64,000 bases of DNA from Escherichia coli (GTDB lineage Bacteria; Pseudomonadota; Gammaproteobacteria; Enterobacterales; Enterobacteriaceae), in assembly GCF_046105845.1 (NCBI RefSeq), contig NZ_CP151004.1; one strand, 5' to 3'. The notes under the pieces were generated by a model. The model was given only the letters and a program-made list of their open reading frames with translations, was not told where the DNA came from and ran no database searches. Numbering within the stretch: position 1 is the stretch's first letter; each line of letters opens with the position of its first letter. Shown here in pieces: positions 1 through 11,230 of this stretch. The position numbers and the translations under genes were made by a program.

Positions 1-515
<515 letters not shown>

Positions 516-518
516 GAA

Positions 519-1667
519 ATGAGTCTGAAAGAAAAAACACAATCTCTGTTTGCCAACGCATTTGGCTACCCTGCCACTCACACCATTCAGGCGCCTGGCC
601 GCGTGAATTTGATTGGTGAACACACCGACTACAACGACGGTTTCGTTCTGCCCTGCGCGATTGATTATCAAACCGTGATCAGTTGTGCACCACGCGATGA
701 CCGTAAAGTTCGCGTGATGGCAGCCGATTATGAAAATCAGCTCGACGAGTTTTCCCTCGATGCGCCCATTGTCGCGCATGAAAGCTATCAATGGGCTAAC
801 TACGTTCGTGGCGTGGTGAAACATCTGCAACTGCGTAACAACAGCTTCGGCGGCGTGGACATGGTGATCAGCGGCAATGTGCCGCAGGGTGCCGGGTTAA
901 GTTCTTCCGCTTCACTGGAAGTCGCGGTCGGAACCGTATTGCAGCAGCTTTATCATTTGCCGCTGGACGGCGCACAAATCGCGCTTAACGGTCAGGAAGC
1001 AGAAAACCAGTTTGTTGGCTGTAACTGTGGGATCATGGATCAGCTAATTTCCGCACTCGGCAAGAAAGATCATGCCTTGCTGATTGACTGCCGCTCACTT
1101 GGGACCAAAGCAGTTTCCATGCCGAAAGGTGTGGCTGTCGTCATCATCAACAGTAACTTCAAACGTACCCTGGTTGGCAGCGAATACAACACCCGTCGTG
1201 AACAGTGCGAAACCGGTGCGCGTTTCTTCCAGCAGCCAGCCCTGCGCGATGTCACCATTGAAGAGTTCAACGCTGTTGCGCATGAACTGGACCCAATCGT
1301 GGCGAAACGCGTGCGTCATATCCTGACTGAAAACGCCCGCACCGTTGAAGCTGCCAGCGCGCTGGAGCAAGGCGACCTGAAACGTATGGGCGAGTTGATG
1401 GCGGAGTCTCATGCCTCTATGCGCGATGATTTCGAAATCACCGTGCCGCAAATTGACACTCTGGTAGAAATCGTCAAAGCTGTGATTGGCGACAAAGGTG
1501 GCGTACGCATGACCGGCGGCGGATTTGGCGGCTGTATCGTCGCGCTGATCCCGGAAGAGCTGGTGCCTGCCGTACAGCAAGCTGTCGCTGAACAATATGA
1601 AGCAAAAACAGGTATTAAAGAGACTTTTTACGTTTGTAAACCATCACAAGGAGCAGGACAGTGCTGA
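519..1667 (+). CDS. galK: galactokinase
   Basis: 382 aa, near-identical to E. coli GalK ([42 protein letters not shown]...); GHMP kinase motifs visible. Confidence 0.97.
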   Translation: MSLKEKTQSLFANAFGYPATHTIQAPGRVNLIGEHTDYNDGFVLPCAIDYQTVISCAPRDDRKVRVMAADYENQLDEFSLDAPIVAHESYQWANYVRGVVKHLQLRNNSFGGVDMVISGNVPQGAGLSSSASLEVAVGTVLQQLYHLPLDGAQIALNGQEAENQFVGCNCGIMDQLISALGKKDHALLIDCRSLGTKAVSMPKGVAVVIINSNFKRTLVGSEYNTRREQCETGARFFQQPALRDVTIEEFNAVAHELDPIVAKRVRHILTENARTVEAASALEQGDLKRMGELMAESHASMRDDFEITVPQIDTLVEIVKAVIGDKGGVRMTGGGFGGCIVALIPEELVPAVQQAVAEQYEAKTGIKETFYVCKPSQGAGQC

Positions 1668-2701
1668 ACGAAACTCCCGCACTGGCACCCGATGGTCAGC
1701 CGTACCGACTGTTAACTTTGCGTAACAACGCAGGGATGGTAGTCACGCTGATGGACTGGGGTGCGACTTTACTTTCAGCCCGTATTCCGCTTTCCGATGG
1801 CAGCGTCCGCGAGGCGCTGCTCGGCTGTGCCAGCCCGGAATGCTATCAGGATCAGGCCGCGTTTCTGGGGGCCTCTATTGGTCGTTATGCCAACCGTATC
1901 GCCAATAGCCGTTATACCTTTGACGGTGAAACCGTGACGCTTTCGCCAAGTCAGGGCGTTAACCAGCTGCACGGCGGCCCGGAAGGGTTCGACAAACGTC
2001 GCTGGCAGATTGTGAACCAGAACGATCGTCAGGTGCTGTTTGCCCTGAGTTCAGATGATGGCGATCAGGGTTTCCCGGGTAATCTCGGCGCGACGGTGCA
2101 ATATCGTCTGACCGACGATAACCGTATCTCCATTACTTATCGCGCCACAGTTGATAAACCTTGCCCGGTGAATATGACTAATCACGTCTATTTCAATCTT
2201 GACGGCGAGCAGTCTGACGTGCGCAATCACAAGTTGCAGATTCTGGCGGACGAATATCTGCCGGTTGATGAAGGCGGCATTCCGCACGACGGCCTAAAAT
2301 CTGTCGCCGGAACGTCTTTTGATTTCCGCAGCGCCAAAATCATCGCCAGTGAGTTTCTTGCCGACGACGATCAGCGCAAAGTGAAAGGTTACGATCACGC
2401 GTTCTTGTTACAGGCCAAAGGCGATGGCAAGAAAGTGGCGGCGCATGTCTGGTCAGCAGATGAAAAATTGCAGCTGAAGGTCTACACCACCGCTCCGGCT
2501 CTGCAATTCTACTCCGGCAACTACCTCGGCGGCACACCGTCGCGGGGAACCGAACCTTACGCCGACTGGCAAGGGCTGGCGTTGGAAAGCGAGTTTCTGC
2601 CGGACAGCCCGAACCACCCTGAATGGCCGCAACCGGACTGCTTCCTGCGTCCTGGCGAAGAGTATTCCAGCCTGACGGAATATCAGTTTATTGCTGAGTA
2701 A
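1661..2701 (+). CDS. galM: aldose 1-epimerase (galactose mutarotase)
   Basis: 346 aa, GTG start overlapping the galK stop; matches E. coli GalM ([28 protein letters not shown]...). Confidence 0.96.
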   Translation: MLNETPALAPDGQPYRLLTLRNNAGMVVTLMDWGATLLSARIPLSDGSVREALLGCASPECYQDQAAFLGASIGRYANRIANSRYTFDGETVTLSPSQGVNQLHGGPEGFDKRRWQIVNQNDRQVLFALSSDDGDQGFPGNLGATVQYRLTDDNRISITYRATVDKPCPVNMTNHVYFNLDGEQSDVRNHKLQILADEYLPVDEGGIPHDGLKSVAGTSFDFRSAKIIASEFLADDDQRKVKGYDHAFLLQAKGDGKKVAAHVWSADEKLQLKVYTTAPALQFYSGNYLGGTPSRGTEPYADWQGLALESEFLPDSPNHPEWPQPDCFLRPGEEYSSLTEYQFIAE

Positions 2702-2705
2702 TGTT

Positions 2706-2734
2706 AAGCCCTCGTCATGAGGGCTTTATCTTCA
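2706..2734 (+). terminator. candidate hairpin terminator after galM
   Basis: Inverted repeat aagccctc/gagggctt followed by a T-rich tract, directly after the galM stop. Confidence 0.35.
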
Positions 2735-2833
2735 TATTGTTCAAATCACCAGCAAACACCGACATATTTGCAACTCAATATTCACAACAACCTTACACTG
2801 CGACACTATTTTCGCTATGGTTATGCGTAAGCA

Positions 2834-2875
2834 TTGCTGTTGCTTCGTCACGGCAATATAATGAGAATTATTATC
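2834..2875 (+). promoter_or_regulatory. gpmA promoter with Fur-box-like operator overlapping the -10
   Basis: tataat at 2857-2862 with ttgctg 17 bp upstream; 2857-2875 tataatgagaattattatc matches 16 of 19 positions of the Fur box consensus GATAATGATAATCATTATC; gpmA is a reported Fur-regulated gene. Confidence 0.5.
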
Positions 2876-2903
2876 ATTAAAAGATGATTTGAGGAGTAAG
2901 TAT

Positions 2904-3656
2904 ATGGCTGTAACTAAGCTGGTTCTGGTTCGTCATGGCGAAAGTCAGTGGAACAAAGAAAACCGTTTCACCGGTTGGTACGACGTGGATCTGTCTGAGA
3001 AAGGCGTAAGCGAAGCAAAAGCAGCAGGTAAGCTGCTGAAAGAGGAAGGTTACAGCTTTGACTTTGCTTACACCTCTGTGCTGAAACGCGCTATCCATAC
3101 CCTGTGGAATGTGCTGGACGAACTGGATCAGGCATGGCTGCCCGTTGAGAAATCCTGGAAACTGAACGAACGTCACTACGGTGCGTTGCAGGGTCTGAAC
3201 AAAGCAGAAACCGCTGAAAAGTATGGCGACGAGCAGGTGAAACAATGGCGTCGTGGTTTTGCGGTGACTCCGCCGGAACTGACTAAAGATGATGAGCGTT
3301 ATCCGGGTCACGATCCCCGTTACGCGAAACTGAGCGAGAAAGAACTGCCGCTAACGGAAAGCCTGGCGCTGACCATTGACCGCGTGATCCCTTACTGGAA
3401 TGAAACTATTCTACCGCGTATGAAGAGCGGTGAGCGCGTAATCATCGCTGCACACGGTAACTCGTTACGTGCGCTGGTGAAATATCTTGATAACATGAGC
3501 GAAGAAGAGATTCTTGAGCTGAATATCCCGACTGGCGTGCCGCTGGTTTATGAGTTTGACGAGAACTTCAAACCGCTGAAACGCTATTATCTGGGTAATG
3601 CTGACGAGATCGCGGCGAAAGCAGCGGCCGTTGCAAACCAGGGTAAAGCGAAGTAA
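2904..3656 (+). CDS. gpmA: 2,3-bisphosphoglycerate-dependent phosphoglycerate mutase
   Basis: 250 aa from ATG 2904 ([17 protein letters not shown]...); the ORF-track TTG start at 2889 is rejected as an upstream extension; RHGE histidine phosphatase motif. Confidence 0.96.
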
Positions 3657-3681
3657 ACGTCATTCGTTTAAAAATGAGAAA

Positions 3682-3710
3682 GCCGACTGCAAGTGAGTCG
3701 GCTTTTTTGT
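3682..3710. terminator. rho-independent terminator between convergent gpmA and aroG
   Basis: Hairpin gccgact-gcaagtg-agtcggc followed by tttttt; A-rich on the other side so possibly bidirectional. Confidence 0.6.
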
Positions 3711-3737
3711 TTGTCGTTGCTAACAATGGAGCACATT

Positions 3738-3772
3738 GCCTGATGCGACGCTGCGCGTCTTATCAGGGCTGC
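3738..3772. repeat. REP (repetitive extragenic palindromic) element
   Basis: gcctgatgcgacgctgcgcgtcttatcagggc matches the E. coli REP consensus family. Confidence 0.7.
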
Positions 3773-3803
3773 AAACGTACAGTCATGGCGATTCGACTAT
3801 AAA

Positions 3804-4856
3804 TTACCCGCGACGCGCTTTTACTGCATTCGCCAGCTGACGTAACAGAGCATCGGTATCATCCCAGCCAATGCAGGCATCGGTGATGCTCTTGCCATAG
3901 GCCAGCGGTTCCCCACTCTCGAGGCTCTGATTGCCTTCCACCAGATGGCTTTCCACCATTACGCCAATAATAGCCTTTTCGCCACCGGCAATCTGCTGGC
4001 AAACGTCAGCACAAACATCCATCTGCTTTTTGAATTGTTTCGACGAGTTAGCATGGCTGAAATCGATCATCACCAGTGCTGGCAGGCCTGCTTTGTTCAG
4101 TCCTTCTTTCACTTCAGCAACGTGCTTCGCGCTGTAGTTAGGCTCTTTACCGCCGCGCAGAATGATATGGCAATCGCCGTTACCGCTGGTATTCACAATC
4201 GCCGAATGCCCCCATTTCGTTACGGACAGGAAGCAGTGCGGCGCACCAGCGGCATTAATGGCATCGATAGCCACTTTAATCGTACCATCAGTGCCATTTT
4301 TGAAGCCTACCGGGCAAGAAAGACCAGACGCCAGTTCGCGGTGCACCTGCGATTCCGTAGTACGTGCGCCAATTGCGCCCCAGCTCATCAGGTCAGCGAG
4401 ATATTGTGGGGTGATCATATCGAGGAATTCACCCGCCGCTGGCAGACCGCTGTCGTTAATATCGAGCAGCAATTTGCGGGCAATACGCAGACCGTCGTTG
4501 ATCTGGAAGCTGTTATCCATATGCGGATCGTTAATCAGCCCTTTCCAGCCCACCGTAGTACGCGGCTTTTCAAAATAGACGCGCATCACGATTTCCAGCT
4601 CATCTTGCAGCTCTTCACGCAGCGTCAGCAAGCGAGTGGCATACTCTTTAGCCGCGACAGGATCATGAATTGAGCACGGACCAATCACAACCAACAGGCG
4701 ATCATCATTACCTTTCAGGATCTTATGAATCGCTTTTCGGGCATGGGCGACCGTATTCGCGGCATTTTCAGTAGCGGGGAATTTTTCCAGCAATGCGACA
4801 GGAGGAAGTAACTCTTTGATTTCTTTGATGCGTAAATCGTCGTTCTGATAATTCAT
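3804..4856 (-). CDS. aroG: Phe-sensitive DAHP synthase (3-deoxy-7-phosphoheptulonate synthase)
   Basis: 350 aa, near-identical to E. coli AroG (MNYQNDDLRIKEIKELLPPVALLEKFPATE...). Confidence 0.97.
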   Translation of the reverse strand: MNYQNDDLRIKEIKELLPPVALLEKFPATENAANTVAHARKAIHKILKGNDDRLLVVIGPCSIHDPVAAKEYATRLLTLREELQDELEIVMRVYFEKPRTTVGWKGLINDPHMDNSFQINDGLRIARKLLLDINDSGLPAAGEFLDMITPQYLADLMSWGAIGARTTESQVHRELASGLSCPVGFKNGTDGTIKVAIDAINAAGAPHCFLSVTKWGHSAIVNTSGNGDCHIILRGGKEPNYSAKHVAEVKEGLNKAGLPALVMIDFSHANSSKQFKKQMDVCADVCQQIAGGEKAIIGVMVESHLVEGNQSLESGEPLAYGKSITDACIGWDDTDALLRQLANAVKARRG

Positions 4857-4926
4857 GTCTGTTCCAGTGTTGCCATACTTATCTTAGTGAATGCAATACT
4901 TCCAATCTATATCTTCCGTCAGAATG

Positions 4927-4944
4927 TGTAAACGGGGTTTTACA
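4927..4944. promoter_or_regulatory. TyrR box upstream of aroG
   Basis: Perfect TGTAAA-N6-TTTACA palindrome (tgtaaacggggttttaca) 71-88 bp upstream of the aroG ATG; aroG is an established TyrR-regulon member. Confidence 0.55.
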
Positions 4945-5171
4945 CTATGAACGGATTAATCCTGGAATTAGCAAGAAAAACGCCAGATTGTCGCGAAAAA
5001 CGAGATCTCTCCTACAATTTCTAACTGTAACTCCTTTGTTTGTTAATTATTTCAAGATTCTCTGCTGGGTATCTCTGCCTGGCTGAAATCTTAAACCATT
5101 GCCTTATATTCACCTGCAAATGCACTGTTGGAAGAGGTTATCCGACATAACGACCATAACAGGAGCATCCT

Positions 5172-5552
5172 ATGAAAATGACAAAACTGGCCACACTATT
5201 TTTGACTGCCACTCTAAGCCTTGCCAGCGGTGCCGCACTGGCTGCCGATAGCGGAGCGCAAAGCAATAACGGCCAGGCAAACGCCGCAGCTGATGCGGGC
5301 CAGGTAGCCCCTGATGCCCGTGAAAATGTCGCGCCAAATAACGTCGACAATAACGGGGTAAATACCGGTTCTGGCGGCACAATGCTGCATCCGGATGGTT
5401 CTTCAATGAACAATGACGGCATGACCAAAGATGAAGAGCACAAGAACACCATGTGCAAAGATGGTCGCTGTCCGGATATCAATAAAAAGGTACAAACTGG
5501 TGATGGCATCAACAATGATGTCGATACCAAAACCGACGGTACCACGCAGTAA
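5172..5552 (+). CDS. ybgS: secreted/periplasmic protein YbgS
   Basis: 126 aa with signal peptide, Asn/Gly/Asp-rich; matches E. coli YbgS. Confidence 0.9.
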   Translation: MKMTKLATLFLTATLSLASGAALAADSGAQSNNGQANAAADAGQVAPDARENVAPNNVDNNGVNTGSGGTMLHPDGSSMNNDGMTKDEEHKNTMCKDGRCPDINKKVQTGDGINNDVDTKTDGTTQ

Positions 5553-5665
5553 CCCTGCGAAATAGCCAATAATTGGAGAGCGGAGTCTCTCCCTTTTAAT
5601 TTTTCCCTTCTAAAAGCAGTATGATGTCATAAAGTTAAGTGAGAATAATTAAGGGATGACTCGTC

Positions 5666-6607
5666 ATGGCGCACTCACACTCACACACTTCCTCACACCT
5701 GCCAGAAGATAATAATGCTCGTCGCTTGTTGTATGCTTTCGGCGTGACTGCCGGGTTTATGCTCGTAGAAGTCATTGGTGGTTTTCTTTCCGGTTCTCTG
5801 GCATTGCTGGCCGATGCGGGTCATATGTTGACCGATACTGCCGCCCTGCTTTTCGCCCTACTCGCAGTGCAATTTTCCCGTCGTCCTCCCACCATTCGCC
5901 ACACTTTCGGTTGGCTAAGATTGACCACGCTCGCGGCGTTTGTGAATGCCATCGCCCTGGTGGTGATTACTATTTTGATTGTCTGGGAGGCGATAGAACG
6001 CTTCCGCACTCCGCGTCCGGTCGAGGGCGGCATGATGATGGCAATTGCCGTGGCTGGGCTGCTGGCAAATGTACTTTCTTTCTGGTTACTTCATCACGGC
6101 AGCGAAGAGAAAAACCTCAACGTGCGAGCAGCGGCACTGCATGTGCTCGGGGACCTGCTGGGTTCGGTTGGAGCTATTATTGCCGCGTTGATTATTATCT
6201 GGACCGGCTGGACGCCTGCTGACCCCATTCTCTCAATACTGGTGTCGCTTCTGGTTCTGCGTAGCGCGTGGCGACTGTTGAAAGATAGCGTGAATGAATT
6301 ACTTGAAGGTGCACCGGTATCGCTGGATATCGCCGAACTGAAGCGTCGTATGTGCCGGGAAATCCCGGAAGTCCGCAATGTGCACCATGTACATGTATGG
6401 ATGGTAGGCGAGAAGCCGGTGATGACGCTGCATGTGCAGGTGATCCCGCCACACGATCACGATGCCTTGTTAGATCAGATCCAACACTACCTGATGGATC
6501 ACTATCAGATTGAGCACGCCACTATTCAGATGGAATATCAACCTTGTCATGGGCCAGACTGCCACCTGAATGAAGGGGTGTCTGGCCATTCACATCATCA
6601 CCATTAA
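5666..6607 (+). CDS. zitB: zinc efflux cation-diffusion-facilitator transporter
   Basis: 313 aa, His-rich N and C termini ([11 protein letters not shown]...GHSHHHH), CDF family; matches E. coli ZitB. Confidence 0.95.
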   Translation: MAHSHSHTSSHLPEDNNARRLLYAFGVTAGFMLVEVIGGFLSGSLALLADAGHMLTDTAALLFALLAVQFSRRPPTIRHTFGWLRLTTLAAFVNAIALVVITILIVWEAIERFRTPRPVEGGMMMAIAVAGLLANVLSFWLLHHGSEEKNLNVRAAALHVLGDLLGSVGAIIAALIIIWTGWTPADPILSILVSLLVLRSAWRLLKDSVNELLEGAPVSLDIAELKRRMCREIPEVRNVHHVHVWMVGEKPVMTLHVQVIPPHDHDALLDQIQHYLMDHYQIEHATIQMEYQPCHGPDCHLNEGVSGHSHHHH

Positions 6608-7323
6608 TGGGACAGCGCGCGTGAACCTCTTTCGCGTGCGCTGTTGATCCACATCCGGCTGCCGTTGAGGGCAATAAAGGTCAGGATGATGTACTCCAGA
6701 GACATGGCGTAAACGCCCTGAAGTGCAAAAATAACGACGCTAATCACGTTAATAATCACCCACAACAGCCAGTTTTCCACATACTTACGCGTCATCAGAA
6801 TCATTGCCACGATAGATAACACCATCATGCAGGAATCCCAGAACGGGAAAGCGTCCGGTTGCAGTTCAGGCATCGCAACCTCTAATCCTAATGCTTGCAT
6901 GATCATGACTGCCACGCGGGTCAAAAATGCAAATACCGGATTGATAAATACCGTCATCAGACCAATCGAGACAACGCAAACCGCTAACCAGCTTAGCGCC
7001 TTCGGCAATGGCAACCAGCGAATTTTCAACTCCGCCTCGTTCTGACTGGTTTGTCGCGACCACGCATACCAGCCGTAAATATTCGCGGCAAAGAAAAACA
7101 TCTGTAATAGCAGGCTGGCATACAGCTGAATCTGAAAGAAAATAATGCCAAACAAGGTGACGTTGATCAGGCCAAAGAAGTAGTTGCTGATCTTCTCCAG
7201 ACTGGCAAGGCCAATACACAGCAACCCAGCGATCGTGCCTACCGCTTCGATCCATGAGAGATCATAACCGCCTGCTCCTATTGGTATATGTACCAGAATA
7301 TTCTGCACACTAAAAAAATCCAT
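6604..7323 (-). CDS. pnuC: nicotinamide riboside transporter
   Basis: 239 aa, matches E. coli PnuC; 3' end overlaps the zitB 3' end by 4 bp (convergent). Confidence 0.95.
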   Translation of the reverse strand: MDFFSVQNILVHIPIGAGGYDLSWIEAVGTIAGLLCIGLASLEKISNYFFGLINVTLFGIIFFQIQLYASLLLQMFFFAANIYGWYAWSRQTSQNEAELKIRWLPLPKALSWLAVCVVSIGLMTVFINPVFAFLTRVAVMIMQALGLEVAMPELQPDAFPFWDSCMMVLSIVAMILMTRKYVENWLLWVIINVISVVIFALQGVYAMSLEYIILTFIALNGSRMWINSARERGSRALSH

Positions 7324-7360
7324 CTTTCCCCCAAAGCGTAACGTTACGCCTTATTATTCG

Positions 7361-8404
7361 TTATCCACGTAGTGTAGCCGCAAAATCCAGCATACGATTG
7401 AGCGGCACCAGCGCCCTCTCTCGCAGCCTTTCATCAACATGAACCTCGTGATTGCTTCCTTCCTGTTCTAATGCCTCTGCGATGGCCTGAAGGCCATTCA
7501 TGGCCATCCACGGACAATGCGCGCAGCTGCGGCAGGTTGCACCCTCACCTGCGGTTGGTGCTTCCAGTAACTCTTTATCTGGCACCGCCTGCTGCATTTT
7601 GTAGAAAATACCCCGATCGGTTGCCACAATAAGCCTCTGATGTGGCAATGTTTTCGCAGCAGCGATCAGTTGACTGGTGGAACCGACCGCATCCGCCATC
7701 TCTACAATAGCTTGCGGTGATTCTGGATGCACCAGTATGGCAGCATCCGGGTATTCTTCTTGCAAGCGGGTTAACGCCTGAGTCTTAAATTCATCATGCA
7801 CAATGCAGGCACCCTGCCAGCATAAAATGTCTGCGCCCGTCTGTTTTTGCACGTAACGCCCCAGATGTTTGTCGGGTGCCCAGATGATTTTTTCACCCAA
7901 ACTATCCAGATGATCAATAAGTTCGACGGCAATGCTTGAAGTTACCACCCAATCTGCCCGCGCTTTTACCGCAGCAGAAGTGTTGGCGTAGACGACGACA
8001 GTATGATCGGGATGGGCATCGCAAAATGCGTTAAATTCTTCAACAGGGCAGCCGAGATCCAGTGAACATTCAGCCTGAAGTGTCGGCATCAGAATTGTTT
8101 TTTCCGAACTGAGAATTTTGGCGGTTTCTCCCATAAATCTCACCCCAGCGACTAACAACGTAGAAGCGGGATGCTTTGCACCGAAGCGCGCCATTTCCAG
8201 AGAATCAGAAATACAGCCACCGGTTTCTTCTGCCAGTTGTTGAATTTCGGGATCGGTATAGTAATGGGCAACCATCACCGCATTACGTTCTTTTAACAGA
8301 CGTTTTATCTTCTCGCGGTAATACGCTTTTTCATCAATGCTTAACGGCGTCGGCTTCGGGGGGAAAGGATAAATCGCCGTGTCTGGATCAAACATCACGC
8401 TCAT
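7361..8404 (-). CDS. nadA: quinolinate synthase A
   Basis: 347 aa, matches E. coli NadA ([22 protein letters not shown]...). Confidence 0.97.
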   Translation of the reverse strand: MSVMFDPDTAIYPFPPKPTPLSIDEKAYYREKIKRLLKERNAVMVAHYYTDPEIQQLAEETGGCISDSLEMARFGAKHPASTLLVAGVRFMGETAKILSSEKTILMPTLQAECSLDLGCPVEEFNAFCDAHPDHTVVVYANTSAAVKARADWVVTSSIAVELIDHLDSLGEKIIWAPDKHLGRYVQKQTGADILCWQGACIVHDEFKTQALTRLQEEYPDAAILVHPESPQAIVEMADAVGSTSQLIAAAKTLPHQRLIVATDRGIFYKMQQAVPDKELLEAPTAGEGATCRSCAHCPWMAMNGLQAIAEALEQEGSNHEVHVDERLRERALVPLNRMLDFAATLRG

Positions 8405-8477
8405 CTTACCATCTCGTTTTACAGGCTTAACGTTAAAACCGACATGAGCGTAATATTCGCTGTTATCGGTGAAATTT

Positions 8478-8495
8478 GTTTTATATGCTAAACAA
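8478..8495. promoter_or_regulatory. NadR-type operator (NAD box) upstream of nadA
   Basis: tgttttatatgctaaaca fits the TGTTTA-N6-TAAACA palindrome, 74-91 bp upstream of the nadA ATG; nadA-pnuC are known NadR targets. Confidence 0.5.
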
Positions 8496-8620
8496 GATAG
8501 TCGAATGGTGGGGAAAAGTCACTCGAATTACGCCTAATTCCACCGACGTAGAGTTGCTTGCAAAGTAAGCTCTGAAGATGTCATCAGGTTACAAAGTGAA
8601 ATTGAGGATGCCTGAATAGC

Positions 8621-8647
8621 AAAAAAGCGCCTTTAGGGCGCTTTTTT
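8621..8647 (-). terminator. rho-independent terminator, distal copy of a duplicated module
   Basis: Minus strand reads aaaaaagcgccctaaaggcgctttttt: GC hairpin plus T-run; identical copy at 8777-8803. Confidence 0.6.
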
Positions 8648-8776
8648 ACATTGGTGGGTCGTGCAGGATGACTCGCTTCGCTCGCCCTACGGGCCGTCGC
8701 CGCGAGCGGCTCCGTTATTTCGCTGCGCTCAACTCGAACCTGCTGCAGGTTCGAATCTTTGAGTATCGCAGATAGC

Positions 8777-8803
8777 AAAAAAGCGCCTTTAGGGCGCTTT
8801 TTT
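8777..8803 (-). terminator. rho-independent terminator immediately 3' of lysQ
   Basis: Same hairpin plus T-run as 8621-8647, directly downstream of the last tRNA-Lys. Confidence 0.65.
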
Positions 8804-8807
8804 ACAT

Positions 8808-8883
8808 TGGTGGGTCGTGCAGGATTCGAACCTGCGACCAATTGATTAAAAGTCAACTGCTCTACCAACTGAGCTAACGACCC
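8808..8883 (-). tRNA. lysQ: tRNA-Lys (anticodon UUU)
   Basis: Minus-strand sequence is the canonical E. coli tRNA-Lys GGGTCGTTAGCTCAGTTGGTAGAGCAGTTGACTTTTAATCAATTGGTCGCAGGTTCGAATCCTGCACGACCCACCA, including CCA. Confidence 0.97.
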
Positions 8884-8916
8884 CTTGCGGGATTATGCTG
8901 CTTTAATCATTCAGGA

Positions 8917-8992
8917 TGGTGGGTCGTGCAGGATTCGAACCTGCGACCAATTGATTAAAAGTCAACTGCTCTACCAACTGAGCTAACGACCC
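8917..8992 (-). tRNA. lysZ: tRNA-Lys (anticodon UUU)
   Basis: Identical 76-nt tRNA-Lys copy. Confidence 0.97.
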
Positions 8993-9040
8993 ATACGGGT
9001 GTTACCTGAAAGATTTCTACTCGGAACCAATCTTTAAAAT

Positions 9041-9110
9041 TGGTGGGTCGTGCAGGATGACTCGCTTCGCTCGCCCTACGAGCCGTTGCTGACGCAACGT
9101 TATCCTTCAC
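9041..9110 (-). repeat. spacer repeat containing an 18-nt tRNA-Lys 3'-end fragment
   Basis: tggtgggtcgtgcaggat (3' end of tRNA-Lys) followed by gactcgcttcgctcgccctacg...cgttgctgacgcaacgttatccttcacg; a near-identical unit recurs at 9534-9607 and a diverged one at 8652-8760. Confidence 0.6.
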
Positions 9111-9138
9111 GCTTAACATCTGAGTTTGATGTTAAAAT

Positions 9139-9214
9139 TGGTGGGTCGTGCAGGATTCGAACCTGCGACCAATTGATTAAAAGTCAACTGCTCTACCAAC
9201 TGAGCTAACGACCC
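9139..9214 (-). tRNA. lysY: tRNA-Lys (anticodon UUU)
   Basis: Identical 76-nt tRNA-Lys copy. Confidence 0.97.
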
Positions 9215-9217
9215 GAG

Positions 9218-9293
9218 TGGTGGGTGATGACGGGATCGAACCGCCGACCCCCTCCTTGTAAGGGAGGTGCTCTCCCAGCTGAGCTAATCACCC
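9218..9293 (-). tRNA. valZ: tRNA-Val (anticodon UAC)
   Basis: Minus-strand sequence GGGTGATTAGCTCAGCTGGGAGAGCACCTCCCTTACAAGGAGGGGGTCGGCGGTTCGATCCCGTCATCACCCACCA, canonical tRNA-Val(UAC). Confidence 0.97.
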
Positions 9294-9344
9294 GATACTG
9301 CGCTGGATACTACAAACTACTTCCACCGAACCCACCGTAATTAG

Positions 9345-9420
9345 TGGTGGGTCGTGCAGGATTCGAACCTGCGACCAATTGATTAAAAGTCAACTGCTCT
9401 ACCAACTGAGCTAACGACCC
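9345..9420 (-). tRNA. lysW: tRNA-Lys (anticodon UUU)
   Basis: Identical 76-nt tRNA-Lys copy. Confidence 0.97.
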
Positions 9421-9422
9421 GG

Positions 9423-9498
9423 TGGTGGGTGATGACGGGATCGAACCGCCGACCCCCTCCTTGTAAGGGAGGTGCTCTCCCAGCTGAGCTAATCACCC
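9423..9498 (-). tRNA. valT: tRNA-Val (anticodon UAC)
   Basis: Identical tRNA-Val(UAC) copy, 2 nt after lysW. Confidence 0.97.
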
Positions 9499-9533
9499 GA
9501 TACTACGCTGGATACTACAACTAACTAGGTTAG

Positions 9534-9607
9534 TGGTGGGTCGTGCAGGATGACTCGACTTCGTCTCGCCCTTCGGGCCGTTGCTGACGCAACGTTATCC
9601 TTCACGT
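9534..9607 (-). repeat. spacer repeat containing an 18-nt tRNA-Lys 3'-end fragment (second copy)
   Basis: Same truncated tRNA 3' end plus shared spacer sequence as 9041-9110. Confidence 0.6.
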
Positions 9608-9633
9608 TTTACTACCGCTTCCACCTTAGCGAT

Positions 9634-9709
9634 TGGTGGGTCGTGCAGGATTCGAACCTGCGACCAATTGATTAAAAGTCAACTGCTCTACCAACTGAGC
9701 TAACGACCC
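9634..9709 (-). tRNA. lysT: tRNA-Lys (anticodon UUU), first gene of the operon
   Basis: Identical 76-nt tRNA-Lys copy; promoter-proximal position in the minus-strand operon. Confidence 0.97.
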
Positions 9710-9873
9710 ACTTTTTCGTTGCTTTCGGTTTGTTTGATATCCCGTGGCAACGGCGGCATATATTACTGATTTCAGACTTGAGCGCAACAAAAATTTCGAT
9801 GTAGATCACTCAACTGCTTATGATTCGCACGACACGACCAGAAATAATGCGACTTCTGGTCGTGTGTTATGCA

Positions 9874-10665
9874 TTACATCGCGTTAAGACGTTTTTGTGC
9901 CTGTTTAGCGCCATCAGTACCAGGGTATTTACTGATAACCTGCTGGTATACGGCTTTCGCTTTTGCGGTGTCACCTTTGTCCTGCATGATGACACCGACT
10001 TTAAACATCGCATCTGCAGCCTTTGGCGACTTCGGATAGTTTTTTACTACCGAAGCAAAATAGTACGCCGCATCATCTTTTTTACCCTTGTTGTAGTTTA
10101 ACTGACCCAGCCAATAATTGGCGTTTGGCAGGTAAGTTGAATCAGGGTAATTTTTGATGAAATTCTGAAATGCCACCATTGCGTCATCCTGGCGGGATTT
10201 ATCCTGCACCAGCGCAATTGCTGCATTGTAATCCGTGTTTGCATCACCGCTTTTCACCGGCGCGCCAGCATTCGCAGTACCAGCATCAGCTGTCGGCGTC
10301 GTTGATGCCGCCGCACCGCTTTGATCGCCGCTGGTTGATTGCGCCGCTGCACCACCGCTGCTGAGGCTATCGATCTGCAACAGGATCTGCTTTTGCCGCT
10401 CCACGACCTGATTCAGTTGATACTGATTTTCCTGAATCTGACCACGCAGGGAATCAATATCGGATTGATTATCAGAGAGTTGTTGCTGGAGTTGGGTTAA
10501 AAGCTGGCTGTGAGCATTTGAAATACGCTCAAGTTGAGTGACGCGGTCTTCGACCGAGCCTGAGCCGACACTACTGATTGGTGCCTGAGCAAAAGCGGCC
10601 CAGGGGGCCGCTATACCAACCAGTAACGACAGACTCAATAGTTGATGTCTGAAGTTACTGCTCAT
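9874..10665 (-). CDS. cpoB: cell division coordinator CpoB (YbgF), TPR protein of the Tol-Pal cluster
   Basis: 263 aa, signal peptide, coiled-coil then TPR repeats; matches E. coli CpoB. Confidence 0.95.
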   Translation of the reverse strand: MSSNFRHQLLSLSLLVGIAAPWAAFAQAPISSVGSGSVEDRVTQLERISNAHSQLLTQLQQQLSDNQSDIDSLRGQIQENQYQLNQVVERQKQILLQIDSLSSGGAAAQSTSGDQSGAAASTTPTADAGTANAGAPVKSGDANTDYNAAIALVQDKSRQDDAMVAFQNFIKNYPDSTYLPNANYWLGQLNYNKGKKDDAAYYFASVVKNYPKSPKAADAMFKVGVIMQDKGDTAKAKAVYQQVISKYPGTDGAKQAQKRLNAM

Positions 10666-10674
10666 GCAATTCTC

Positions 10675-11220
<546 letters not shown>

Positions 11221-11230
11221 TTAATTATTA

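Noticed and set aside
2889-2903. ORF-track N-terminal extensions (gpmA 2889, pal 11220, tolB 12526, cydA 18841, glmS 21576, transporter 28009, sdhA 42160, sdhC 42893, ybgD 45173, ybgO 49038, abrB 50215, ybgA 59129, kdpA 59626)
   Set aside because: The track reports the most upstream ATG/GTG/TTG. Internal starts were chosen where they match the known protein N-terminus, a signal peptide and/or a properly spaced Shine-Dalgarno sequence.
8584-8868. 94-aa minus-strand ORF
   Set aside because: Spans the duplicated terminator hairpins and the lysQ tRNA; artefact of repeated sequence.
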